In this document: piece after piece, positions 1-9,131 of the stretch | How positions within the stretch are numbered: position 1 is the first letter of the stretch | How the letters are laid out: every line of letters starts with the position of its first letter | Position numbers and translations under genes: made by a program | The notes under the pieces: model-generated | Seen by the model: the letters and a program-made list of their open reading frames with translations, nothing else | Told to the model about the DNA's origin: nothing | Databases searched by the model: none | Assembly: GCA_022843945.1 (NCBI GenBank) | Contig: JALHMR010000007.1 | Span: forward strand, 116,546-180,545 | DNA: 64,000 nucleotides | Direction of reading: 5' to 3' | DNA from: Rhodospirillaceae bacterium | Lineage (GTDB): Bacteria > Pseudomonadota > Alphaproteobacteria > CACIAM-22H2

Positions 1-1133
<1,133 letters not shown>

Positions 1134-1181
1134 GCATCCGAAACGAGCGGCACTCACCATCGTTGCCATATGGGGGAGAAA

Positions 1182-2852
1182 ATGGCTTTTTCAGCAGAAA
1201 CACTACCCCGAGCAATACGTACTCTTCTTGAGCAGAACAATTATGAGGTCTCCGGTCCTTTGCAAATTCACGGGGCAGAGGTGGATCTCATTGCGAAGCG
1301 TAAGGACGATCCTTTCGCAGCAAATCTGTATATCGAAGCAACCATCGAGCACGTCGACAACGACAAGTACGGCAAGGATGTAGGTAAGTTTGCACTGATC
1401 CACACGATTGAGCCGCAGGCAAATTGCCTGATTGTATCGTCGACGGGCTTTTCCTTGCCGGTTCAGGAGCGTGCGAGCAAGAGCCGTATCCAAACGCTGA
1501 CCTATGAACAGCTCTTCTCAAAGTTCCAGAGGTTCGATCCGTATGTGCAACATGCTTTGGGTGATACGTCGTTGGGACGCGACCTAAAGTCGCTGAGCGA
1601 TACATATGAAGAGCCGGATTTCGACGACAGCTTCGGCAGTGAGCCGGCCACCAAATTTCTCGATACGTGGCGAGATAGCGCAGACACCAATCGTTGGCTG
1701 ATTGTCGTTGGCGAATACGGAACGGGAAAGACCGCGCTTACTAAGACGTTGCAATATCGCTGGCTGCGTAAATTCAAGAATGAGCCAAAACTTCCCATTC
1801 CATTTCGAATCGAGCTTCGAGATTTTTCGCGGCAGTTCGATGCGAACGGCCTTTTGCATCATTTCTTGGATAAGAACCATCTAGGCCATCTTCCTATAGA
1901 ATTTGTGACGGCGCTGATCCGTGCGGGGAGGATTGTTCTGATCCTCGATGGATATGATGAGATGGCTCAATACATGCACGCGCGAGAGCGGCGCGCGTGT
2001 CTCGAAACTTTGGCTGAGCTGTCTTCTGGGGGCGCGAAGGGCATCCTTACGAGCCGCCCGAATTATTTTTCCGAGGTGGAGGAATATCAAGTTTTCGAGA
2101 TTTTGTATTCGAGCATTAACGAGGGCTCTTATCGTCTGCGGCGAGGCCTCTCTGAAGCGGTCGACCGAGAAAAGAAAATTGATGAGTTGATCGAATCGCA
2201 TTTTCTTCAGCGACACGAGCGTCAGTTAAAAGACCTGACTCCGGCACAAACCGAAGCTCTGATTTCTCGGAAGCTGGCCGCCGATGCTGATTTGCGAAAT
2301 GCAGATTTCTCCCGTGCGACGCTCGACGCCGTATCGCTGAGCGGCGCAAACCTGGAAGGCGCTAGTTTCGCCCATGCACTGTGTTTCGGTGTTGATCTAA
2401 CGGGCGCTCTGTTGAAGGAAGCAAACTTTAAAGGCCTGGATGCGACATCTAGTATCATTGTTGCTCGCGATGAAGCATCGGAGGATGGGTTAAAAACAGA
2501 GCTTGAGGGCAATGAGGCATTGGGCTTTTTGAGTTACGCGGGCGCTATAACCGATGCCGTCCCTCGCTATTTCATCCTTCGAAACCAACCGGACTTCCCC
2601 ATTGTGGAAAAAATCTGCCGCAAATGTAGCGAGGGCTTAAGGCAGCGGCGAGGCTTGGAACAGCGAGGGGCCGCCCGCGCAAATCCAGATTTTGCTCGGA
2701 AATTTGTTCACTATGCCGAATCTAGGAGTTTGTTGGAGACACCCAAGGGCAGACCAGACCTTATTGAGGCGACGCCGCTTGGACGGGAGGTATTTAAGAA
2801 GTTCGTTGAACTAAAAGAGGTTGGGCCTGAGATAGGCGATTTCTTTGTCTAA
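1182..2852 (+). CDS. Mrr-like restriction endonuclease domain + NACHT NTPase + pentapeptide repeats; putative defence protein, probably internally deleted
   Basis: N-terminal EVDLIAK..LYIEAT..IVSSTGFS; Walker A GEYGTGKT; Walker B VLILDGYDEM; LTSRPNYF; pentapeptides ADLRNADFSRATLDAVSLSGANLEGASF. Visibly lower GC than flanks. Alternative start 1170. Confidence 0.8.
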   Translation: MAFSAETLPRAIRTLLEQNNYEVSGPLQIHGAEVDLIAKRKDDPFAANLYIEATIEHVDNDKYGKDVGKFALIHTIEPQANCLIVSSTGFSLPVQERASKSRIQTLTYEQLFSKFQRFDPYVQHALGDTSLGRDLKSLSDTYEEPDFDDSFGSEPATKFLDTWRDSADTNRWLIVVGEYGTGKTALTKTLQYRWLRKFKNEPKLPIPFRIELRDFSRQFDANGLLHHFLDKNHLGHLPIEFVTALIRAGRIVLILDGYDEMAQYMHARERRACLETLAELSSGGAKGILTSRPNYFSEVEEYQVFEILYSSINEGSYRLRRGLSEAVDREKKIDELIESHFLQRHERQLKDLTPAQTEALISRKLAADADLRNADFSRATLDAVSLSGANLEGASFAHALCFGVDLTGALLKEANFKGLDATSSIIVARDEASEDGLKTELEGNEALGFLSYAGAITDAVPRYFILRNQPDFPIVEKICRKCSEGLRQRRGLEQRGAARANPDFARKFVHYAESRSLLETPKGRPDLIEATPLGREVFKKFVELKEVGPEIGDFFV

Positions 2853-2863
2853 GTCCTTCGTCC

Positions 2864-3010
2864 TCACCTCCCTTGCGAATCGTCCTTCGGGCTGATGTAC
2901 ATCACGTCGAAGGGGCCCATGCCATTGATCCGCAGCACGGTCTCGACCTCCACCCGCGCGTAATGCGGCTTGCCGGCGGGCAGGTGGACGAAGCTGCCGG
3001 CGGCGAAGGA
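2864..3010 (-). pseudogene. C-terminal remnant of a cupin-domain protein
   Basis: Hand translation SFAAGSFVHLPAGKPHYARVEVETVLRINGMGPFDVMYISPKDDSQGR* shows cupin motif 2; no start codon. Confidence 0.65.
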
Positions 3011-3184
3011 TTAGAGGGTGCCGTCCTTGCCAAACGTCTCGACGTGGAAATCGATGGCCGATGCCGTATTAGCCGAAGCCTCGTCGTAAGTGTCGCTCTG
3101 GGCCACCACGACGCCGCCTATGCCGAGTGGATAGGCGACATAGCCATCCGCGTGCTTCTCGACGATGATCTCGATGCTTGTCAT
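3011..3184 (-). CDS. HicB-like antitoxin (short form)
   Basis: MTSIEIIVEKHADGYVAYPLGIGGVVVAQSDTYDEASANTASAIDFHVETFG fits the HicB N-terminal pattern; no hicA adjacent. Confidence 0.7.
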   Translation of the reverse strand: MTSIEIIVEKHADGYVAYPLGIGGVVVAQSDTYDEASANTASAIDFHVETFGKDGTL

Positions 3185-3191
3185 CGGCCAG

Positions 3192-3497
3192 CTACTCCGC
3201 CGCTGTCGCGGTGGCGTGCAGGCGTAGACCGAGGGCGCGAACAACCTTCAGCACCGTGCTGAATTCCGGATTGCCGTCGGGCGACAGGGCCTTGTAGAGA
3301 CTTTCGCGGCCTAGACCGGCCTCGCGGGCGAGCTGGGTCATGCCCTTGGCGCGGGCGATGTTACCGAGCGCGGCGGCGATGACGCGTGGGTCCCCGTCTT
3401 CCAGCGCCGCCTCCAAATAGGCGGCAATGTCCTCGCCGGTCTTGAGGAGGGCGGCGGTGTCGTAACGGGTGGTGCGAACCTTCTTTCGGCGGGCCAT
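3192..3497 (-). CDS. Addiction module antidote, HTH protein (HI1420-like)
   Basis: IAAYLEAALEDGD..ALGNIARAKGMTQLAREAGLGRESLYKALSPDGNPEFSTVLKV. Confidence 0.9.
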   Translation of the reverse strand: MARRKKVRTTRYDTAALLKTGEDIAAYLEAALEDGDPRVIAAALGNIARAKGMTQLAREAGLGRESLYKALSPDGNPEFSTVLKVVRALGLRLHATATAAE

Positions 3498-3506
3498 TGG
3501 GTACTC

Positions 3507-3797
3507 CTAGAGATCGCGGGCGAGTGCTTGCGCCCGTTTGATGTCGCGGTCCTGCGTCTTCTTGTCGCCGCCCGCCAGCAGGATCACCAGCTCGCGGCCC
3601 TTCTGGGCGAAATACACCCGGTAGCCGGGACCATAGTCGACCCTTAGCTCGCTCACGCCGCCGCCGACCGGCTTGACGTCGCCGAACAGTCCGAGCGCCA
3701 GCCGGTCGAGCCTCAACTCGATCCGGGCCCGGGCCCGGCGATCGCGCAGGGTTTCAATCCACTTGGCGAACGGCGGGGTCTGCCGAACCTCTATCAC
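3507..3797 (-). CDS. RelE/ParE-family addiction module killer toxin (HI1419-like)
   Basis: GDVKPVGGGVSELRVDYGPGYRVYF..LLAGGDKKTQDRDI; directly upstream of the antidote. Confidence 0.9.
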   Translation of the reverse strand: MIEVRQTPPFAKWIETLRDRRARARIELRLDRLALGLFGDVKPVGGGVSELRVDYGPGYRVYFAQKGRELVILLAGGDKKTQDRDIKRAQALARDL

Positions 3798-3806
3798 CGG
3801 ATAAAA

Positions 3807-3824
3807 TGTATCCTATAAAATACG
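3807..3824. promoter_or_regulatory. Probable TA autoregulatory operator
   Basis: Imperfect palindrome TGTATCCTATAAAATACG in the AT-rich spacer just upstream of the toxin start. Confidence 0.4.
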
Positions 3825-3870
3825 GCATGACAACCGGTGTCCCCCGATAAGATGATTTTGGAAGTGACAG

Positions 3871-4179
3871 ATGCGTAAAATCGCACCGCGACAGATGCCG
3901 AAACCCGTTCACCCCGGCGCTATCCTCAAGGACGAGCTGGCCGCGCGCGGCGTCACCGCCAGCCGGCTGGCGCTTGATCTCGGCGTGCCGTCCGGGCGGA
4001 TCGCCGCGATCCTCAACGGCAAGCGCGCCCTGACCCCGGACACGGCGCTGCGCCTCGGGCGCTACTTCGCCATGCCGGCGCGCTTCTGGGTCGATCTGCA
4101 GGCGCAGTACGATCTCGCGGTGGCCGAGCAGAAATACGGCAAGCAGATTGCCGCCCAGGTGCGCAAGGTGGCGGCGTAG
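3871..4179 (+). CDS. higA: HigA-family antitoxin (XRE HTH), orphan
   Basis: PVHPGAIL..RIAAILNGKRALTPDTALRLGRYF..FWVDLQAQYDL; alternative start 3895; no higB upstream. Confidence 0.85.
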   Translation: MRKIAPRQMPKPVHPGAILKDELAARGVTASRLALDLGVPSGRIAAILNGKRALTPDTALRLGRYFAMPARFWVDLQAQYDLAVAEQKYGKQIAAQVRKVAA

Positions 4180-4202
4180 CCGGGCCGCGCGGGTACTCTG
4201 CC

Positions 4203-4307
4203 ATGGATATCGCACCGATCAAGACCCGGCGGATCTGGCGCCTGCACCAGGGGCTGCGCATTCCCGCCGAGTCCTTGATCAGGGGCGGGCGGGATCGGGC
4301 CGCCTGA
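4203..4307 (+). pseudogene. Internally deleted HigA-type HTH antitoxin
   Basis: Translates MDIAPIKTRR-IWRLHQGLRIPAESLIRGGRDRAA*, i.e. the N- and C-termini of the MDIxPIKT...RLHxxLGIPAESLI family joined without the middle. Confidence 0.65.
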
Positions 4308-4311
4308 CCGG

Positions 4312-4653
4312 CTAACGCGGCTTCTTCTTCGGCCGGGGCAGCGCGCGCTGCTTGCGCACCTTTCTGGGCGTCGTGCCGCCGCCATCCATCACCGCCTGCA
4401 CGTGCTCGAAGCCAAGCAGCAGGAAGGCGAACTCGGCGTTCATCGCCGTGTTCAGCTCCGGGCTGTCGCGGCCGGCATCCTTGGCGGCGATCAGCAGCAT
4501 CAGCCGGTTGGTGTGGATCAGCAGGTCGCCGAGCCGGGCGACCGCGGCCCCCGCCACGATCGCCGCTTCGAGGCGCTTCTTGAGCGCGGCGAGATCGAAC
4601 TTGTAGCGGCCGTAGCGGACGTGGTTGAGGGTGATGGTGAAGGAGGCGGGCAT
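4312..4653 (-). CDS. Hypothetical protein with basic C-terminal tail
   Basis: Host-like codon usage; ATG at 4653; the longer N-terminus in the ORF track is palindromic-element sequence. Confidence 0.55.
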   Translation of the reverse strand: MPASFTITLNHVRYGRYKFDLAALKKRLEAAIVAGAAVARLGDLLIHTNRLMLLIAAKDAGRDSPELNTAMNAEFAFLLLGFEHVQAVMDGGGTTPRKVRKQRALPRPKKKPR

Positions 4654-4665
4654 AAGAGCCCGATT

Positions 4666-4755
4666 GTCACCCCGGCGGAAGCCGGGGTCCATTCCTCATG
4701 TGGCACCATGGACCCCGGATCGCGCAACGTCAGAACGTTGCTTGTCCGGGGTGAC
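4666..4755. repeat. GTCAY-type REP/RPE-like palindromic element
   Basis: GTCACCCCGGCGGAAGCCGGGGTCCA...TGGACCCCGGA...TCCGGGGTGAC, two inverted hairpin units. Confidence 0.8.
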
Positions 4756-4778
4756 GGGTAAAAGTTTGCGGCGCCAGC

Positions 4779-5234
4779 CTAGTTACAGCCCTCGATCGTC
4801 TCGATGCGCACGTGCGTCGTGCCCTGTTCCTCGAAGCCGAGCTGGCGCGCCGCGCCCTGGCTGACGTCGAGCACGCGGCCGCGGATATAGGGGCCGCGGT
4901 CGTTGACCAGCAGCTCGATGTGGCGGCCGTTCTGCAGATTGGTCACCTTGATGCGGGTGCCCAGCTTCAAGACCCGGTGCGCGGCGGTCGGGCCGTTCAT
5001 GTCGAAGATCGCGCCGCTGGCCGTCTGCCGGCCGTGATGCGTGCGGCCGTAGAAGGAGGCGATGCCTTCCTGGTAGTGGACATAGCGCGGGCAGGGTGGG
5101 GGCAGCGGCGCCGCCTCGGGCGGCGGCGGCGGGGGTGGCGGCGGCACTACCGCGGTCTGGCAGGCGGAGAGGGCCGCGGCGGTGAGCAGCGCCGCGGCAA
5201 TACTGGCGAGTGGTCGTCGTGTTCCTCGGCGCAT
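4779..5234 (-). CDS. rlpA: RlpA-family septal lytic transglycosylase lipoprotein
   Basis: Lipobox LSAC, poly-Pro linker, GIASFYG..TASGAIFDM..TAAHR..VNDRGPY..LDVS. Confidence 0.85.
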   Translation of the reverse strand: MRRGTRRPLASIAAALLTAAALSACQTAVVPPPPPPPPPEAAPLPPPCPRYVHYQEGIASFYGRTHHGRQTASGAIFDMNGPTAAHRVLKLGTRIKVTNLQNGRHIELLVNDRGPYIRGRVLDVSQGAARQLGFEEQGTTHVRIETIEGCN

Positions 5235-5291
5235 GCCGCATTATGAAACGGCGAATCCACGCCAGGCAAACGGTGGATTTTTTGTGACGGG

Positions 5292-6296
5292 CTACTCCGC
5301 TTTTGCGCCCGAGGCCTTGGTGATCGGCACCCAGATGTCGATCTCGTCCGACACGTACTTGGCGAACCTGGCCGGGGTGTAGCCGCGCATCGCCGGGGTG
5401 CCCATGTCCTCCAGCCGCTTGTTGATCACCGGGTCGCCCAGGGCCTCGTCGATGGCCTGGGCCATGCGGTTGGTGACGGTCGAGGGCAGGCCGGCGGGGC
5501 CGAAGATGCCGTACCAGGAATAGGCGCGGTAATCCTTGAGGCCGACCTCGGCCGCCGTGGGGATGTCCGGGATGATCGACGAGCGCTCGTCGGTCGCCAC
5601 GAACAGGGTCCGCAGCTCGCCCTTCAGATGATACTCCTTCATCAGGCTCGGGATGTCCGAGTTGAACTGCACCTCGCCGGCGACCATGGCGAGGAAGACC
5701 TGGCCCGCCCCGCGATAGGGCACGTGCGTCGCCTCGGTGCCGGTGCGCTGCAGGAAGTTGGCGCTGGCGATATGGCCGGTCGAGCCGACGCCGGAGCTGC
5801 CGTAGGAAAACTTGTTGGGGTTGGCCTTCAGCAGCGCGACCCACTCGGCCGTGTCCTTCGGGTCGATCCCCTTGCGGGTGACGCTGTGGCAGATCGGGAT
5901 GAAGTTGGTCGGGGCGATCGCGGTCAGGTCCTTGACCGGGTCGTAGGGCAGGTTGGCGTAGAGGCCCTTGGCGACGCCCGTGGAGGAGAGCGTGGCGAGC
6001 ACGAAGAGGTAGCCGTCGGGCGGCGACTTGGCGACGTAGTCGGTGCCGGTGGTGCTGCCCGCTCCCGGCCGGTTCTCGATGACCACCGCCTGCCCCAGGA
6101 TCTGCGAGATCTTGGGCCCGAGCAGGCGCATGGTGATGTCGGTGCCGCCGCCGGTGCCGAAGGGCACGACCATGCGGATCGGCTTGGCCGAGGGCCAGGC
6201 GCCGACCGCCTGGGCGCGCACGATGGTCGGGGCGAAGACAGTTGTCGCCGCGGCCGAAGCGAGGAAGCGGCGGCGGGTGGTGATCAGCTTGGGCAT
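5292..6296 (-). CDS. Bug/TctC tripartite tricarboxylate transporter substrate-binding protein
   Basis: Tat signal RRRFL; VPFGTGGGTD, ENRPGAG, HVPYRG. Confidence 0.9.
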   Translation of the reverse strand: MPKLITTRRRFLASAAATTVFAPTIVRAQAVGAWPSAKPIRMVVPFGTGGGTDITMRLLGPKISQILGQAVVIENRPGAGSTTGTDYVAKSPPDGYLFVLATLSSTGVAKGLYANLPYDPVKDLTAIAPTNFIPICHSVTRKGIDPKDTAEWVALLKANPNKFSYGSSGVGSTGHIASANFLQRTGTEATHVPYRGAGQVFLAMVAGEVQFNSDIPSLMKEYHLKGELRTLFVATDERSSIIPDIPTAAEVGLKDYRAYSWYGIFGPAGLPSTVTNRMAQAIDEALGDPVINKRLEDMGTPAMRGYTPARFAKYVSDEIDIWVPITKASGAKAE

Positions 6297-6315
6297 CGGA
6301 ATCTCCCCTGTCGAA

Positions 6316-7089
6316 TCAGAACGAGCCGCCGTTAACGGGCAGCATCTGGCCGGTGATGAACTTGGCGCGGGACGAGGCGAAGAAGAGCGTGGCGTCGGCG
6401 ATGTCCTGAGCCTCGCCCAGCCGCCCCAGCGCGATACCCTGGAGCAGGCTCTTCTGGCGTTCGGCGCCGAGCGCGTCCCAGTCCTTCTGCTTCTCGATCT
6501 CGGTCAGCACCAGGCCGGGCGCCACGGTGTTGACCGTGATGCCGTACGGCCCAAGCTCGACCGCGAGCTGGCGGGTGAGGCCGAGCACCGCGTGCTTGGC
6601 GCTGGCGTAGGCCTGGATGCGGGTGCGCGACGGCCGGAAGGCGGCGCCCGAGCTGATATTGATGATGCGTCCGCGCCCCGCGGCTTTCATCTGGGGCGCC
6701 GCGGCGCGCACCGTGGCGAAGCTGGCGTCGACGTTGAGCGCGAAGATCGCATCCCAATCGGCGTCGCTGACCTCTTCCACCGGCTTGTGGCGCTGGCCCA
6801 GCATGCCGCCGGCGTTGTTGACCAGGACGTCGATGGCCCGGCCGCTGTCGCGCTCGATCGTGTGGATCCACTCGGCGCAGGCCCGGCGGTCGGTGAGGTC
6901 GGCAACCTGCGTGACGATACGCGCGCCTCTGGCGGTTTCAGCCAGGGCCTGGACCTGAATGTCGGTGGCGTAGACCAGGGCGCCGGCCGCGGCGAAGCTG
7001 CGGGCGATGGCCCGGCCGAAGCCGATGGCTGCCCCGGAGACGGCCACGACACGATCCTGGAATTCGCCATCGTGGAGCTTGGGGGTCAT
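6316..7089 (-). CDS. SDR family oxidoreductase
   Basis: SGAAIGFG, LVNNAGG, YASAK, VNTVAPG; start taken at MTPKLHDG. Confidence 0.9.
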   Translation of the reverse strand: MTPKLHDGEFQDRVVAVSGAAIGFGRAIARSFAAAGALVYATDIQVQALAETARGARIVTQVADLTDRRACAEWIHTIERDSGRAIDVLVNNAGGMLGQRHKPVEEVSDADWDAIFALNVDASFATVRAAAPQMKAAGRGRIINISSGAAFRPSRTRIQAYASAKHAVLGLTRQLAVELGPYGITVNTVAPGLVLTEIEKQKDWDALGAERQKSLLQGIALGRLGEAQDIADATLFFASSRAKFITGQMLPVNGGSF

Positions 7090-7173
7090 CGGCTTTGCAA
7101 GCCTGCGATGCAGACCGGGAGGGTGCCGAAGTAGAACCCGTCTGCTAGGCTTCGTCAAACAAGGTTGGGTTGT

Positions 7174-8208
7174 ATGACTGAAGCGGTCGTCATCTGGGGA
7201 GCGGGCGCCATCGGCGGCGTTATCGGAGCATGCCTTCGGCGGGCCGGCCACGAGGTGCTGTTCGTCGACGTCGTGCCCGAGCATGTCGCGGCGATCCGCG
7301 CCGGCGGCTTGCGCGTCGAGGGTCCGGTGGCCGAGTTCAGCGTCGGCGGCGAGGCCTGCCTGCCGCATCAGATGAGCGGCAAGCACAAGCTCATCCTGCT
7401 GGCGGTCAAGGCGCATCACACCGAGGCGGCGACGCAGGCCCTCAAGCCCTTCCTCGCCGAGGACGGCGCCGTGGTCTCCTGCCAGAACGGGCTCAACGAG
7501 CTGGTCATCCAGGAGATCGTCGGCCCCCGGCGGACCATCGGCTGCTTCGTCAATTTCTACGCCGACTATCTCGAGCCGGGGCGGCTGCACTACGCCAAGC
7601 GCGGCGCGGTCGTGGTCGGCGAGCTCGACGGGCGGAAGAGCGAACGCATCGTCGCGATTCACAAGCTGATGCAGGCCTTCGACGGCGACGCGCTTCTCAG
7701 CGACAACATCTTCGGCTTCCTCTGGGGCAAGGCGGGCTACGGCGCCATTCTCAAGGCCTCGGCGCTGACCAACGACACGATGGCCGAATTCATCGGCGAT
7801 CCCGGGCGCCGCGATCTGATCGTCGCCCTGGTGCAGGAGATCCTGGCCGTGGCCGAGGCGGAGAAGGTCAAGCCGCTCGGCGGTTTCGCCGGCTACGATC
7901 CCGAGGCTTTCATGCGCCGCGACAAGGCCGCCATCGCGGCGTCGATGGCCGCCATGGCGGAGTTCAACCGCGGCTCGGCCAAGGCGCGTAGCGGCATCTG
8001 GCGGGATCTTGCGGTGCGCAAGCGGCCGACCGACGTGGCGGCGCAGCTTGCGCCGGTGCGCGAAGCCGCGCGACGCCATCGCCTGGCCACGCCGGTCGCC
8101 GACCGGCTGGTGGCGCTGATCACCGACATAGAGCAAGGTCGGGCCGAAATCGGTCCAGCCTTGGCCGACGAGCTGGCTCTCGCTGTCCCGGAAAGGACCT
8201 CCGCATGA
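7174..8208 (+). CDS. Ketopantoate reductase (PanE/ApbA)-family oxidoreductase
   Basis: WGAGAIGG, LAVK, SCQNG, LWGK. Confidence 0.8.
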   Translation: MTEAVVIWGAGAIGGVIGACLRRAGHEVLFVDVVPEHVAAIRAGGLRVEGPVAEFSVGGEACLPHQMSGKHKLILLAVKAHHTEAATQALKPFLAEDGAVVSCQNGLNELVIQEIVGPRRTIGCFVNFYADYLEPGRLHYAKRGAVVVGELDGRKSERIVAIHKLMQAFDGDALLSDNIFGFLWGKAGYGAILKASALTNDTMAEFIGDPGRRDLIVALVQEILAVAEAEKVKPLGGFAGYDPEAFMRRDKAAIAASMAAMAEFNRGSAKARSGIWRDLAVRKRPTDVAAQLAPVREAARRHRLATPVADRLVALITDIEQGRAEIGPALADELALAVPERTSA

Positions 8209-9131
8209 ACGAGATGAGCAAGAAGCATCCCGACGGCGAGCCCTGGCAGTGGCCGGAGAAAACCTGGCGGCGTATCGTCGGTCGCGCCCGAGCGGGGCGC
8301 TCCCTGCGCCCCACCCATTGGCCGAACAACGCGCCGGCCGCCGTGTCGCTGTCCTTCGACGCCGACCACGACACCATTCCGCTGCGCGATGCTGACGAAA
8401 GCCCGATGCGCATCAGCCAGGGTCAGTACGGCAACCGCCAGGGCACGCCGCGCATCCGCCGGCTGATGGAGAAGCACGGCGTCAAGGTGTCGTTCTTCTA
8501 TCCCGCCGTGTCGGCGCTGCTCTATCCCGACGAGGCGCGCGCCGTGGCCCAGGACGGGCACGAGATCGGCATCCATTCGTGGATCCACGAGCGCAATACC
8601 ATCCTGCCCTACGAGGTCGAGCGCGACCTCAGCTTGCGCGCGCGCGACACACTGGAGAAAGTGACCGGCCAGCGCCCGGTCGGCATGCGCACAGCGAGCT
8701 GGGATTTCTCGCCGCGCACCCTCGACATCGTGCGGGAGATGGGCCTGCTCTACGATTCCTCGCTGATGGCCGACGACGACCCGTACGAGTTGATCTCCGA
8801 CGGCACCCCTACAGGAATCGTAGAACTCCCGCCGGAATGGATCCGCGATGACGCCGTCTATTTCAACATGCACCGCTTCAGCGGCCTGCGTCCCTACACG
8901 CCACCGTCGAGCGTGCTGGAGGTGTTCCTCGGCGAGCTCGACGGCGCGATCGAGGAAGGCGGGCTGTTCCTGCTCACCATGCACCCGCACCATATCGGCC
9001 ATCGCAGCCGCATGAAGCTGCTCGAGCGCGTGATCGAGCACGCCAAGGCGAAGAAGTGCTGGTTCGCCACCCATGCCGAGGTGGCCCAGTGGTGTAAGGA
9101 TAACGCCGCGACCGGGCCGCTAGGGCGGTAG
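8205..9131 (+). CDS. Polysaccharide deacetylase (CE4/PuuE-like) protein
   Basis: LSFDAD, GHEIGIHSWIHE, YDSSLM, TMHPH. Confidence 0.85.
   Translation: MNEMSKKHPDGEPWQWPEKTWRRIVGRARAGRSLRPTHWPNNAPAAVSLSFDADHDTIPLRDADESPMRISQGQYGNRQGTPRIRRLMEKHGVKVSFFYPAVSALLYPDEARAVAQDGHEIGIHSWIHERNTILPYEVERDLSLRARDTLEKVTGQRPVGMRTASWDFSPRTLDIVREMGLLYDSSLMADDDPYELISDGTPTGIVELPPEWIRDDAVYFNMHRFSGLRPYTPPSSVLEVFLGELDGAIEEGGLFLLTMHPHHIGHRSRMKLLERVIEHAKAKKCWFATHAEVAQWCKDNAATGPLGR

Noticed and set aside
2873..3262. 129-aa plus-strand ORF
   Set aside because: Antisense to the cupin remnant and the HicB-like gene, which carry recognisable motifs
5095..5145. GGC-rich repeat
   Set aside because: Encodes the poly-proline linker of RlpA
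6316..8136. 606-aa version of the SDR
   Set aside because: The extension is antisense to the PanE-like gene; the real SDR begins at 7089
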